Source of the DNA: Actinomycetota bacterium
GTDB lineage: Bacteria; Actinomycetota; Actinomycetes; S36-B12; UBA5976
Direction: 5' to 3'
NCBI GenBank assembly: GCA_947452765.1
Contig: CANGDR010000003.1
Coordinates: 19,561-83,560, forward strand
DNA length: 64,000 nt
Below, in pieces: positions 48,674-58,019 of the stretch. Numbering within the stretch: the first letter of the stretch is position 1; every line of letters starts with the position of its first letter. Under the pieces are notes generated by a model. It was not told where the DNA came from, made no database searches, and saw only the letters and a program-made list of their open reading frames with translations. The position numbers and the translations under genes are program-made.

Positions 48674-48746
48674 TCGTAGGGTTGGATTTGTTTGAGTTGA
48701 CATAATGTATCTTATCGGGCATATATTTCGTCTTTAAACCCTACGA
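48674..48746. repeat. 10-bp perfect inverted repeat bracketing the dif-like core
   Basis: TCGTAGGGTT (48674..48683) and AACCCTACGA (48737..48746) are separated by 53 nt. The 28-bp dif-like site lies roughly centred in that spacer. Confidence 0.6.
48695..48722 (-). other. dif: candidate dif site (XerC/XerD chromosome dimer resolution site)
   Basis: The minus strand reads ATGCCCGATAA-GATACA-TTATGTCAACT, an 11-6-11 layout with inner ATAA/TTAT inverted arms. The right arm matches the E. coli dif XerD arm TTATGTTAAAT at 9/11. The site is intergenic and 440 bp from a convergent switch in gene orientation. Confidence 0.65.
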
Positions 48747-48834
48747 ATACCTGGGTTTAGGAAACCTTCCCGTGGGCATAACTATTGCAAGTTCCTAGAT
48801 CAAATTGGGAACGCTCACTTATGGGAGGGAAATT

Positions 48835-49161
48835 ATGAGTGAATCAATGCGCGGCTCACGATTAGGTGCAACTAGTTATGAAGTCGATTCCGGACAATTT
48901 GCGCCACGTGCTTTGACTACATATGTCTGCGTAGACGGCCACAGAGTCACAATGCCATTCTCAGCTGATGCTGATGAGATTCCAGACACTTGGCCATGCT
49001 CATGCGGGCTTCAGGGCATCCAAATGGGCGCTGTACCGCAGCCAAAGCAGACTAAGCACGTCAGAACCCACTGGGACATGCTGTTAGAGCGTAGAACCGT
49101 GAAAGATCTTGAGGACTTGCTCAAAGAGCGCCTTGAGGTCGCGCGTGCAAAGGCTTCCTAG
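48835..49161 (+). CDS. rbpA: RNA polymerase-binding protein RbpA
   Basis: Start at ATG 48835 with GGGAGGG RBS. GSRLGATSYE, the C..C..CSCG zinc motif, and RTHWDMLLERRT..LE.LLKERL are hallmarks of RbpA. Confidence 0.9.
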   Translation: MSESMRGSRLGATSYEVDSGQFAPRALTTYVCVDGHRVTMPFSADADEIPDTWPCSCGLQGIQMGAVPQPKQTKHVRTHWDMLLERRTVKDLEDLLKERLEVARAKAS

Positions 49162-49907
49162 CGACCGATAACCCGTCGAAGTTCAGAAGTGCGTTTGGCA
49201 ATACCCCATTGAGTTACCCGCCAGAGCGCTTCCTTAATTATCGCCTGGCTCATTTTGCTTTCGCCGATTTCGCGTTCCACGAAAGTGATCGGAACCTCAG
49301 CCACCCGTAGCTGCGATTTGACGGCGCGCCATGCCATATCAACTTGGAAGCAGTAGCCCTGACTTTCAACATTAGAAATGTCCATGGCATCCAGTGCGGT
49401 CATTCGATAGGCGCGGAAACCACCAGTCGCATCTTTGATCGGAATTCCTAGCCAGATTCTGGTGTAAATGTTTCCGCCGCGTGAGAGCAACTTGCGTGTG
49501 ATTGGCCAGTTCACAACATGTCCATCTGGCACCCAGCGCGAACCTAAAACTACATCGTTGTCAGAGACTGCATCCAATATCTTGGAAAGGTCAACAGCAC
49601 GATGCGAACCGTCTGCATCCATCTCTACAACGACATCGTAGTTAGCTTGCTTTGCCCAGCCAAATGCCTCTAAATAGGCGGCGCCGAGGCCAGCCTTTTG
49701 GGAGCGATGTAAAACAGAAATTTTCGAATCCGTAGCTGCGATCTGGTCTGCTACTTCCCCGGTACCGTCGGGCGAATTGTCATCAACTATTAGAATGTCA
49801 ATGTCTGGTTCTTGGCTGCGTATTTCGCGCGTAATTATCCGAACGTTTTCCAGCTCATTATATGTGGGAACAATTACTAGCACTCGACCTAAACTTTGGG
49901 TTCTCAC
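49158..49907 (-). CDS. ppm1: polyprenol monophosphomannose synthase (GT2)
   Basis: 249 aa. VIVPTYNE, DDNSPDGT, DADG motifs. Directly downstream of lnt, as in the unfused Lnt/Ppm1 arrangement. Confidence 0.85.
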   Translation of the reverse strand: MRTQSLGRVLVIVPTYNELENVRIITREIRSQEPDIDILIVDDNSPDGTGEVADQIAATDSKISVLHRSQKAGLGAAYLEAFGWAKQANYDVVVEMDADGSHRAVDLSKILDAVSDNDVVLGSRWVPDGHVVNWPITRKLLSRGGNIYTRIWLGIPIKDATGGFRAYRMTALDAMDISNVESQGYCFQVDMAWRAVKSQLRVAEVPITFVEREIGESKMSQAIIKEALWRVTQWGIAKRTSELRRVIGR

Positions 49908-49911
49908 TTGA

Positions 49912-51381
49912 TTATCTTAGTTCGTCATATTGTGGCAGGTGCCCGTTCGAATGCTTTCGTCTCGCAAAAAGCGTCAGTGCAAGATATGCCAAGCACGCAA
50001 CAATCACCCAATATGGAAATCTGTCGGTTATCGACCTACTAGTAATAGTTGCCACTTCCCCAGTCACGATTGCTGATGTCATTTCTGCAGTTTTAGATAT
50101 CACTTTGCCATTTTGATCGATAATCCCAGAGATTCCAGAAGTGCTTGCGACAACGAAGGCTCGCTGATGTTCGATTGCTCGGAACCTAGTTATGTTGAAT
50201 TGTTGTTCTGGTTGCCGCGTACCCATATATGTCGCATTATTTGATTGCACGGCTATGACTTCGGCGCCTTGAGCAATTGTCCGACGTATGTGGTCACCGT
50301 ACGCAACTTCAAAACAAATTACGTCGCCGATTTTGTGCTGCGCTACATGAAATACGCCAGGTGTTGATCCCGGAATGAAGTCATTTCTAATTTGGTCTAA
50401 GCGACCTATTACCGAACTTAGATATGAACGTAACGGAATGTATTCGCCAAAAGGTACCAGGTGATTCTTTACATACATTTGGGTTGGACCGATGTCTGGC
50501 TCCCAGAGGATGCCCGCATTCATGGGAGCCGAAAGCTGTGGATTCCAAGTGGAGGCACCGACCAAGATTGGGATAGTCCCAGTATTGGTCAACTTAGTTA
50601 GTTCGTCGTGAATGTCTCCAGCTGGTATCGGATCGATGTCAGTTCCACTTTCTGGCCAGACGACTAGGTCAGGTTTGGCTTCGCTTCCGGTAGCAACTGA
50701 TGCAAGGTACTTCGCAGTTAGCCTTAAATGGTTCTGTGCCACGGCCAGTGCTTGTGACTTATCGGTATACCCCGCTCGCGGTACATTGCCTTGAATAAGT
50801 GCGACTTTGATTGAGCCAGTTGGCGCAACATGTGGAATTCTGCCGGTGGCAAGAATCAATGCGGCTGGGAGCAAGAGAAGTTTCCAGTTCCAGGTTCGCA
50901 GGAACATATTGACTATTGCAGCCAGCGCCACCACTACCCCGGTTACCAAGCTTGAGCCTCCGAGCGTAGCCAACCTGACTAGCGGCCCGTCCACTTGTGA
51001 GTAAGCAAGCAGACCCCAGGGAAACCCACCCCACGGAACCGTACTTCGGATCAATTCAATGACAACGACTAGCGCGGTTGGAAACAATATGGCAGCACTG
51101 CCCCTGTTCGGGAGTACAGGCACCGCCAGCAAGAGCCAAGGAAGCGTGCACATGAGACTTAGTCCAAGCCAAACGTCAAAACCTAAGAGTGAAATCCATT
51201 GGATGTGGAGCAGAAAGTAAACCGCAGCGAAGATAAAACTTACAACTAGTCTGCGTCGCCGTTGCTTGTTTTCGAGGGTTCTGAGAAAAAGCGCAATACA
51301 CAGAATACTCAAGTACCAGATCTGATGGTTGAGCGAAAATGCAGTTAGCGCTCCCGCTATTGCTGCGAATATAAAAGCCAC
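49912..51381 (-). CDS. lnt: apolipoprotein N-acyltransferase
   Basis: 489 aa with a multi-TM N-terminal half and a CN-hydrolase domain with the E/K/C triad context (VVWPES, ...K.HLVPFGEY, VICFE). Confidence 0.85.
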   Translation of the reverse strand: MAFIFAAIAGALTAFSLNHQIWYLSILCIALFLRTLENKQRRRRLVVSFIFAAVYFLLHIQWISLLGFDVWLGLSLMCTLPWLLLAVPVLPNRGSAAILFPTALVVVIELIRSTVPWGGFPWGLLAYSQVDGPLVRLATLGGSSLVTGVVVALAAIVNMFLRTWNWKLLLLPAALILATGRIPHVAPTGSIKVALIQGNVPRAGYTDKSQALAVAQNHLRLTAKYLASVATGSEAKPDLVVWPESGTDIDPIPAGDIHDELTKLTNTGTIPILVGASTWNPQLSAPMNAGILWEPDIGPTQMYVKNHLVPFGEYIPLRSYLSSVIGRLDQIRNDFIPGSTPGVFHVAQHKIGDVICFEVAYGDHIRRTIAQGAEVIAVQSNNATYMGTRQPEQQFNITRFRAIEHQRAFVVASTSGISGIIDQNGKVISKTAEMTSAIVTGEVATITSRSITDRFPYWVIVACLAYLALTLFARRKHSNGHLPQYDELR

Positions 51382-51389
51382 AGCACTTA

Positions 51390-52490
51390 CTAAAGAATCA
51401 CTAGATCGCGCGTAGTTTGATTTGCACTTGCAATGCCGGTTTCAGTGCAGGTCACAATGTCTTCAATTCGCGCTCCGTATTTATCGGCGAAATAGAAGCC
51501 AGGTTCGATGGAAAAAGCATGGCCTGGCACGAGCAGTGTTTCGTTACCTTCGACGATGTAAGGCTCTTCATGAGTCTCCATACCAATTCCATGACCCGTG
51601 CGGTGAATGAACTGGTCACCTAAGCCACCTGCTTCCAGCACACTTCTAGCTGCCCTATCTACGGACTCGCAAGTTACACCTGGTTTCGCGTGTGCACTTG
51701 CAGCAGCCTGTGCAGATTGCAATATGTTGTAGAACTCTTGGTATTCGGTTGGCACTGAACCGCACGCATATGTGCGCGTGCTATCGCTGCAATATCCATT
51801 TGGCATCGTGCCGCCGATATCGACAACAACAGGCTCACCTGCCAAAATAGTGCGATCCGACAACTCGTGATGAGGGCTAGCGCCATTTGGTCCAGAACCA
51901 ACAATTACGAAATCAACAGTTGCATGACCCGCAGCCAAAATTGCCTCAGCAATGTCGCGACCCACTTCTCGTTCGGTACGTCCCGGGCGCAACCAATTTT
52001 GAATTTGGTTGTGGACTAAATCAATTGCAGCGCCTGCTTCATGTAAGGACGTAACTTCCGCCACTGTCTTTACCGCGCGGATGTCAGACAGAACCTTCCC
52101 AGCTAATCCAATTTCACTACCAATCGCATCCCGGATTCCGAATGCTTTCTCAGCCCACATCAAGTTATTGATTAGCGAGTTGGAAACCTTTCCGGTTGAT
52201 GCGATAAGAAGTTCATACGGATTCTGCGTTTCTTGCCAATCAATTAGTGTGATACCCATGTCAGGTATGCCGTGTGCCAGCGCTGAGGGCTTCTCGAGTG
52301 TGGGCACAATCAGCCATGACTCACCTGACGAATTCACAGCTAGGCAAGTTAGTCGCTCAAGAGGCAGGGCGTCGTATCCAGTTAGGTATCGCAAGTCAGC
52401 ACCAGGGGTAATAAAGATGAAATCATGCCCTTTTACGCTAATGGCTTTCGCAACTCGGTCAATGCGTTCTGCGAAATCGGCGCTTCTCAT
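51390..52490 (-). CDS. M24 family metallopeptidase (Xaa-Pro dipeptidase, Rv2089c-type)
   Basis: 366 aa. Metal ligands in VDIGG..., HRTGHGIGMETHE, SIEPG, ARIED. Confidence 0.85.
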   Translation of the reverse strand: MRSADFAERIDRVAKAISVKGHDFIFITPGADLRYLTGYDALPLERLTCLAVNSSGESWLIVPTLEKPSALAHGIPDMGITLIDWQETQNPYELLIASTGKVSNSLINNLMWAEKAFGIRDAIGSEIGLAGKVLSDIRAVKTVAEVTSLHEAGAAIDLVHNQIQNWLRPGRTEREVGRDIAEAILAAGHATVDFVIVGSGPNGASPHHELSDRTILAGEPVVVDIGGTMPNGYCSDSTRTYACGSVPTEYQEFYNILQSAQAAASAHAKPGVTCESVDRAARSVLEAGGLGDQFIHRTGHGIGMETHEEPYIVEGNETLLVPGHAFSIEPGFYFADKYGARIEDIVTCTETGIASANQTTRDLVIL

Positions 52491-53419
52491 GAAACCAGAT
52501 TACCAATGTTGAGAACCTTGAGAAGGCGCCCCATTTGCCGCTCAATTCCCCAGTCGGTGACCAAGTCGCCTAGGAACGTTGGATCCTTAACAACTGTCGG
52601 AACTTGCAGCGACTTAGGCAACTTAGCCGAGGTTTTGACGCGCACGACTTTGCTCGCCGCCTTAATGTAGGAGTTACTAGCAAGTAGATTTGTGCGAACT
52701 GCTTTCGGGATGTCTGAATCCATATCTGCGGCAGCTGCAAGCAGACCAGGTAAATCTTGGTATTGCGATATTAGTTTTGCGGCAGTTTTCTCGCCAATTC
52801 CCTTTACACCCGGTAAACCATCGGATGGGTCACCACGCAACATCGAAAAGTCTGCATACTGTTTGCCGGTTACTCCGTAACGCTCAAGTAGATAGCTATC
52901 CGTCACAACCTCGAGATTCTTTACCCCTTTTGTTATTGACACCACTCGGATCCCGGCGCGATCATCGACTAGTTGGAACAAATCGCGATCCCCTGTGACC
53001 ACATCACAGTTCGTGCCACTCCGGTGCACTAGAGCGCCAAGCACATCGTCAGCTTCATGCCCCACTTGCCCCACTCTTGCGAACCCAACTGCATCCAAAA
53101 TTGCTGCTATCGCCCCAATCTGCGGAGACAACAGGTCTGGGATAACTTCAAGAGACTCTCCCTCGACTGCCGCTTCATCAACTCGGTGCAATTTGTACGA
53201 CGGAATCAGATCAACGCGCCATTGCGGCCGCCAATCATCATCCCAAGCGAAAACCAATTCGTTGGGTGGGAAATCTTTGACGATATTTGTAACCATTTCC
53301 AAAAACCCGCGTACTGCTCCAGATGGAGTCCCGTCGGGAGCCACAATCTTCTCTGGAACTGCGTAGAACGCACGATAGTAAAGCGTTGCGGTGTCAAAAA
53401 ATAGGTTGCGTTCTACCAT
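52487..53419 (-). CDS. 5'-3' exonuclease (FEN/Pol I N-terminal-domain family)
   Basis: 310 aa. PIN-like N-terminal domain (FAWDD..., EADDVLG, VTGDRDLFQL) and H3TH region (GDPSDGLPGVKGIGEKTA). Confidence 0.85.
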   Translation of the reverse strand: MVERNLFFDTATLYYRAFYAVPEKIVAPDGTPSGAVRGFLEMVTNIVKDFPPNELVFAWDDDWRPQWRVDLIPSYKLHRVDEAAVEGESLEVIPDLLSPQIGAIAAILDAVGFARVGQVGHEADDVLGALVHRSGTNCDVVTGDRDLFQLVDDRAGIRVVSITKGVKNLEVVTDSYLLERYGVTGKQYADFSMLRGDPSDGLPGVKGIGEKTAAKLISQYQDLPGLLAAAADMDSDIPKAVRTNLLASNSYIKAASKVVRVKTSAKLPKSLQVPTVVKDPTFLGDLVTDWGIERQMGRLLKVLNIGNLVS

Positions 53420-56112
53420 GAAACAATTCCTCGATCTACTAAATCACTTGCCGACCTTGCTTTATTACTCAAAGCCGGCACTTCACTCGCGAGCGCTATT
53501 TGCCCGAGCAGATCGATCACCTGCTTAGACCAGCGCACGAAATCTCCTGGTTGTAGATCTGAATTGCGTAAAACTTGCCCGATTGATTGCCCACGCGCCC
53601 ACTTCAGAGTGAGCCAGATAAAGCCAGGGTCGAGTTCGCGGATGTGATCGACGCGATTTTGATTCTCGACCTCTTTTACTTGACCCCAAATATGCACCAT
53701 CTCGGTCAATGCCAAACCAAGTGGTCCATCGGGAATGTTTTCGGGTTCTCGGTCTTCTGCTCGGCGCGACTCAAATACCAAAGTACTAACAGCGCTCGCC
53801 ATTTGTTCTGGAGTCAGATCGTTCCAAATGCCACTGCGTAAACACTCAGCGGCTAGTAGATCCAATTCACAGTAAATGCGACCGAGGACCTGCCCTGCTT
53901 CAGTTACCTCATGCTCATCGATCTCACGTCGTAGATAATTTAAATCAGTCAGTACTGCACAAATCTGATCGAATTCCTTGGCAATCGAACTAGTTCGCGA
54001 TTGCACCTTCGACTCCAGGCGGCTTATCTCCCGTTGTGCGGTGTAGATGCGATCATGCCAACGGACATGTTCTTCGCGATCCGTGCAACCATGACACGGA
54101 TGTACGCGTAGAGCTTTTCGCAACCGGGCAATTTCGGTATCTATTCGGGAATCCGATAACGTCTCAACCGGTTCAAGTACTACGCCACTTGAAATTTGCT
54201 TGATCTGGTCAGCCAACCAATTGCGTGTCTTGGGTGATCGCGAATCAAAGGTAGCTGGAATAGTTATGCGACCAATGGTCGAACTTTTTTCACCCACATC
54301 TGAGAATCCAATTCTTTTCACGACTCTCGAAACCGACATTACCCGTGGTCTCGGGTCATCCAAGTCCCTTGCTGCATCTAACACGACATACGGGATTGCA
54401 GTTCGGCGCCCAGCGTCGATAAGCAATACATCACCACGTTCCGCTTCATTGAGTAAGTTCGTGGCGCTATTTCGACGCTCCCGAACCCCGTCTCGCTTCG
54501 TATCCTTCTCAAGTTGTGACAACTGTCTGCGCAAGTTCATGTAACCATCAAAATCACCTAAGTGGCACTCCATTGCGGCATGGTAGCCATCGATAGCGTC
54601 CTCACCTTTTCGCATTTGAGTCGCAAGCCCAACGACTGATCGGTCCGCCTGAAATTGGGCAAACGATGATTCCAATAGTTCGCGAGCTCGGTGAGTACCT
54701 ACTTTTCCAATCAGATTGATCGCCATGTTGTATGAGGGGCGGAAACTGGATTTAAGTGGGTAGGTTCGAGTACTTGCTAAACCTGCCAGCGCATTTGGAT
54801 CTAGTTCTTGATGCCACACTACGATTGCATGCCCTTGAGTATCTATGCCGCGACGACCAGCACGACCCGTCAATTGTGTGTACTCGCCCGCTGTTACCGG
54901 TGCGTGTACTGAGCCATTCCATTTAGTTAGTTTCTCAAGCACCACACTTCGAGCGGGCATGTTGATTCCGAGGGCCAGAGTTTCGGTTGCAAAGACAACC
55001 TTCACTAGCCCCTGTTGAAACAATTGCTCCACCACAACTTTGAATGCTGGCAGTAGCCCGGCATGGTGCGATGCAATCCCGCGCTCTAACCCATCGCACC
55101 ATTGGCCAAATCCAAGAACGCGCAGTTCTTCGGAACTTGCATCAGGAAAATTTGCATCTACTATTCCTCGGATAAGTAGCCGCTCTTCTGGGGTGGTTAC
55201 AGATAGGCCACCCGCTAAACACTGACTCACGGCATCATCGCAGGCAGCGCGAGAAAAAATGAACGTAATACTAGGTAGCAAACCGGCTCGCTCGAGTTCC
55301 TCAATCACCTCCACTCGGGATGGTGTGAATCTACTGCGGAACCGATTCCCACGACCGTAGCCATGCTTTCCCTGCTGACGGTCATTGTGTGCGATCCGAA
55401 TCAGCTCTTGGCTGACTTTGGTTTTAGCGTTGTCGGTGAACAAGTCATAAAGTTCGTCGCCTACCATTACATGCTGATGTAGCGGGATTGGACGATGTTC
55501 TTCTACGATCACTTCGGTATCACCGCGCACAGTTCGTAACCAGTCGCCAAATTCCTCGGCGTTACTAACAGTCGCCGACAGAGCTACTACCGAAACGCTG
55601 TTTGATAAGTGAATTATGACTTCTTCCCAGACCGCTCCCCTGGTGCGATCAGCCAAGTAATGCACTTCATCCATTACGACATGACTTAAACCATTGAGAC
55701 CGCTTGCATCTTCGTAGAGCATGTTTCGCAGGACTTCAGTTGTCATCACAACAATCGGAGCATCGCCATTAATGCTGTTGTCACCAGTTAGCAGCCCGAC
55801 ATTGTCTGCGCCATAAAAAGCTACGAATTCATGATATTTCTGATTCGAAAGCGCCTTTATGGGTGTCGTATAGAAACATCGTGACTGCTTGGAAAGTGCT
55901 GTGTAAACGGCAAATTGTCCAACAACGGTCTTACCGGCACTCGTTGGGGCAGCAACCAAAACACCCTTACCCGCGTCGATTGCGCGGCAGGCGTCTAGTT
56001 GGAAATCATCGAGCGTGAACGCTAAGGAATCCTGAAATGAGCCAAGTAAACCGTGCGAGTCTCTCACTCTCGCCTTAGCTGCCGCATATCGGGAAGCAGG
56101 CGAATTGGTCAT
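53413..56112 (-). CDS. helY: Ski2-like DEAD/DEAH-box RNA helicase HelY
   Basis: 899 aa. Motif I APTSAGKT, motif II DEVH, motif III SAT, motif VI QLTGRAGRRG, and a long C-terminal DSHCT-like region. Confidence 0.9.
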   Translation of the reverse strand: MTNSPASRYAAAKARVRDSHGLLGSFQDSLAFTLDDFQLDACRAIDAGKGVLVAAPTSAGKTVVGQFAVYTALSKQSRCFYTTPIKALSNQKYHEFVAFYGADNVGLLTGDNSINGDAPIVVMTTEVLRNMLYEDASGLNGLSHVVMDEVHYLADRTRGAVWEEVIIHLSNSVSVVALSATVSNAEEFGDWLRTVRGDTEVIVEEHRPIPLHQHVMVGDELYDLFTDNAKTKVSQELIRIAHNDRQQGKHGYGRGNRFRSRFTPSRVEVIEELERAGLLPSITFIFSRAACDDAVSQCLAGGLSVTTPEERLLIRGIVDANFPDASSEELRVLGFGQWCDGLERGIASHHAGLLPAFKVVVEQLFQQGLVKVVFATETLALGINMPARSVVLEKLTKWNGSVHAPVTAGEYTQLTGRAGRRGIDTQGHAIVVWHQELDPNALAGLASTRTYPLKSSFRPSYNMAINLIGKVGTHRARELLESSFAQFQADRSVVGLATQMRKGEDAIDGYHAAMECHLGDFDGYMNLRRQLSQLEKDTKRDGVRERRNSATNLLNEAERGDVLLIDAGRRTAIPYVVLDAARDLDDPRPRVMSVSRVVKRIGFSDVGEKSSTIGRITIPATFDSRSPKTRNWLADQIKQISSGVVLEPVETLSDSRIDTEIARLRKALRVHPCHGCTDREEHVRWHDRIYTAQREISRLESKVQSRTSSIAKEFDQICAVLTDLNYLRREIDEHEVTEAGQVLGRIYCELDLLAAECLRSGIWNDLTPEQMASAVSTLVFESRRAEDREPENIPDGPLGLALTEMVHIWGQVKEVENQNRVDHIRELDPGFIWLTLKWARGQSIGQVLRNSDLQPGDFVRWSKQVIDLLGQIALASEVPALSNKARSASDLVDRGIVSW

Positions 56113-56121
56113 AAGCCAAGG

Positions 56122-57003
56122 TTACGGGTGTTGGCTTGGGATCGCTTGCCACACCCTGATGGCATTAGGCAAGATGTCGAACGAAGCCGGTCCCCGACCA
56201 ATTCGCTCACCATCTGCATATATCAATGGGCTGGCATCAGTGATCGAAACGAACTGACCCACGGATTGGGAGACTTTTGGATGTTTAACGTGACCACCCC
56301 AAAAGACACGGGGCAAAACGCGAACCAATAGCGACCGCGATACGCGATCCACCATGGTTATCTCAAATTCACCGTCATATGCGTCGGCAGTAGGACAGAC
56401 CTTCATGCCGCCACCATAGGAGTTTGTGTTAGCAATAGCGATAAGCGTGTACTCGCCTACTTGGGTCGCCGCATCGATCTGCAGCTTCAAACGCTGTGCT
56501 TTGAGGGTACTCAACTGTCGGAAGACTGCAACCAGATACTTAGCCGTACCAGCCGGCCCGCGATATCCATTTGCCCGTTCATTTACCTCAGCATCAAAAC
56601 CACACGAGGCTATACCGGCAAAGTAGTGTTGCTCGCCGTTATGAAGTTTGATTACACCGACGTCCATCGGTTTAGGTGCACCAGTCTGAAGAGTTGCTAG
56701 CCCAAGCCCCTTGTTCTTAACTCCTATATAGCGAGCAAAATCATTCCCCGTACCCATCGGGATCACGGCTAAATCTATTTCCAGTTCGAAGCACGCATTC
56801 ATCGCCAGGTGCACCGTCCCATCACCACCACACGCTATGAGTGCAATTTCAGCGTTTGCTGCCTTGAGCGCAATCAGCTCGGATTTCAGGCCGGTCACTT
56901 CCGTGGACATTAGAACTACTGCACCTTGTGCGACAAGATTGTTTATAGTTGTTGCGTACTTGGATCGCTTGTGCACGCCAGGCTTTATCAGCAATGCAAA
57001 CAT
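56122..57003 (-). CDS. diacylglycerol kinase family lipid kinase
   Basis: 293 aa with the GGDGT motif (ACGGDGTV) and GTGNDFAR. The start overlaps the tatC stop by 1 nt (TAATG). Confidence 0.8.
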   Translation of the reverse strand: MFALLIKPGVHKRSKYATTINNLVAQGAVVLMSTEVTGLKSELIALKAANAEIALIACGGDGTVHLAMNACFELEIDLAVIPMGTGNDFARYIGVKNKGLGLATLQTGAPKPMDVGVIKLHNGEQHYFAGIASCGFDAEVNERANGYRGPAGTAKYLVAVFRQLSTLKAQRLKLQIDAATQVGEYTLIAIANTNSYGGGMKVCPTADAYDGEFEITMVDRVSRSLLVRVLPRVFWGGHVKHPKVSQSVGQFVSITDASPLIYADGERIGRGPASFDILPNAIRVWQAIPSQHP

Positions 57004-57764
57004 TAGGATTGCTCCAGTGCATCCTCGAATGACTTCTGTTTTCGTTTGTCATTAAGTAGCGCTACGCCAACTGCAGCAAAACTCAAGACGATCATTGGCA
57101 AAGCGACAGTTGTCATGCCAACAGGATCACCATTTGGTGTGGCAACAGCACCGAAAATAAACGATCCCAAAATGATCCACCGCCAAGCATTACGAAGTGC
57201 CTCTCCACGCAAAATTCCAACAAAATTTAGCATGAGCAGTATTAATGGGAGCAAGAACCCGAGGCCAAAAAACAAAACCAAGTGAGTGAAAAAACTTAAA
57301 TATGTATCGACGCTCGTTACGTTGTTCACATTCTGTGGGGTGAATTGATAGAGAATGTTGAGCATCCTAGGCATCACGTAGTAAGCCAATAAAACACCCG
57401 ACGCAAAAAGCGGCACAGCTACTGCCGTGAACAGGTAAGCCCAGCGCCTCTCATTTTGTTTCAACCCAGGTGCTACGAATTTCCAAATTTGGAATATCCA
57501 GATCGGACTCGAAATGACGATACCGGCAGTCATGCATACCCGTAGTTGAAGCGAAAATCCGGAAGTAACACCTGTTAAGGCTAGGATTGCCGACGCATGC
57601 TGACTATGTACTTCGTCGAAGGGTTTACGGACTAATGCGAAAATGGCTGGGTAGTAATTCCATATCGCAACCGTTGCAAGCAAAATTGAAATGGAGCACT
57701 TTACAAGCCGCATGCGCAATTCCCCAAGATGCTCAGTGAGCGTCATGGCCTGCATAGTGGACAT
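57003..57764 (-). CDS. tatC: twin-arginine translocase subunit TatC
   Basis: 253 aa with 6 TM segments. N-terminal LTEHLGELRMRL and PGL..NER motifs. Confidence 0.9.
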   Translation of the reverse strand: MSTMQAMTLTEHLGELRMRLVKCSISILLATVAIWNYYPAIFALVRKPFDEVHSQHASAILALTGVTSGFSLQLRVCMTAGIVISSPIWIFQIWKFVAPGLKQNERRWAYLFTAVAVPLFASGVLLAYYVMPRMLNILYQFTPQNVNNVTSVDTYLSFFTHLVLFFGLGFLLPLILLMLNFVGILRGEALRNAWRWIILGSFIFGAVATPNGDPVGMTTVALPMIVLSFAAVGVALLNDKRKQKSFEDALEQS

Positions 57765-57785
57765 TAGGCGGCGGAAATACTCGGA

Positions 57786-57968
57786 CTAATTCTTGTCGTC
57801 GGACTTTTCCGCTGAATTTTCGTTCTTGCCATTATCCATTTCATCTTTAAAGATCTTGATCGATTTACCCACGCTGCGAGCAGCATCCGGCAGACGGCGC
57901 GCGCCAAAAAGCACAATAACTATCAGCAAAAGAACAATCGCAGCTGGCGAATCAAATAGGGCTCTCAT
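57786..57968 (-). CDS. tatA: twin-arginine translocase subunit TatA
   Basis: 60 aa with an N-terminal TM helix, then FGARRLPDAARSVGKSIKIFK. Confidence 0.9.
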   Translation of the reverse strand: MRALFDSPAAIVLLLIVIVLFGARRLPDAARSVGKSIKIFKDEMDNGKNENSAEKSDDKN

Positions 57969-58019
57969 AGTTTCTCCTTGTAGCCGATGGCTTTACGTTA
58001 TCGCATAACCAATAACTGG

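Noticed and set aside
48697-48727. A near-consensus TTGACA ... TATATT that looks like a strong sigma-70 promoter for rbpA.
   Set aside because: The spacer is 19 nt. The same bases form the outer and inner arms of an 11-6-11 dif-like site (TTGACATAA is the reverse complement of the XerD arm TTATGTCAA). The dif reading explains all 28 nt and fits the adjacent strand switch. Residual promoter activity cannot be excluded.
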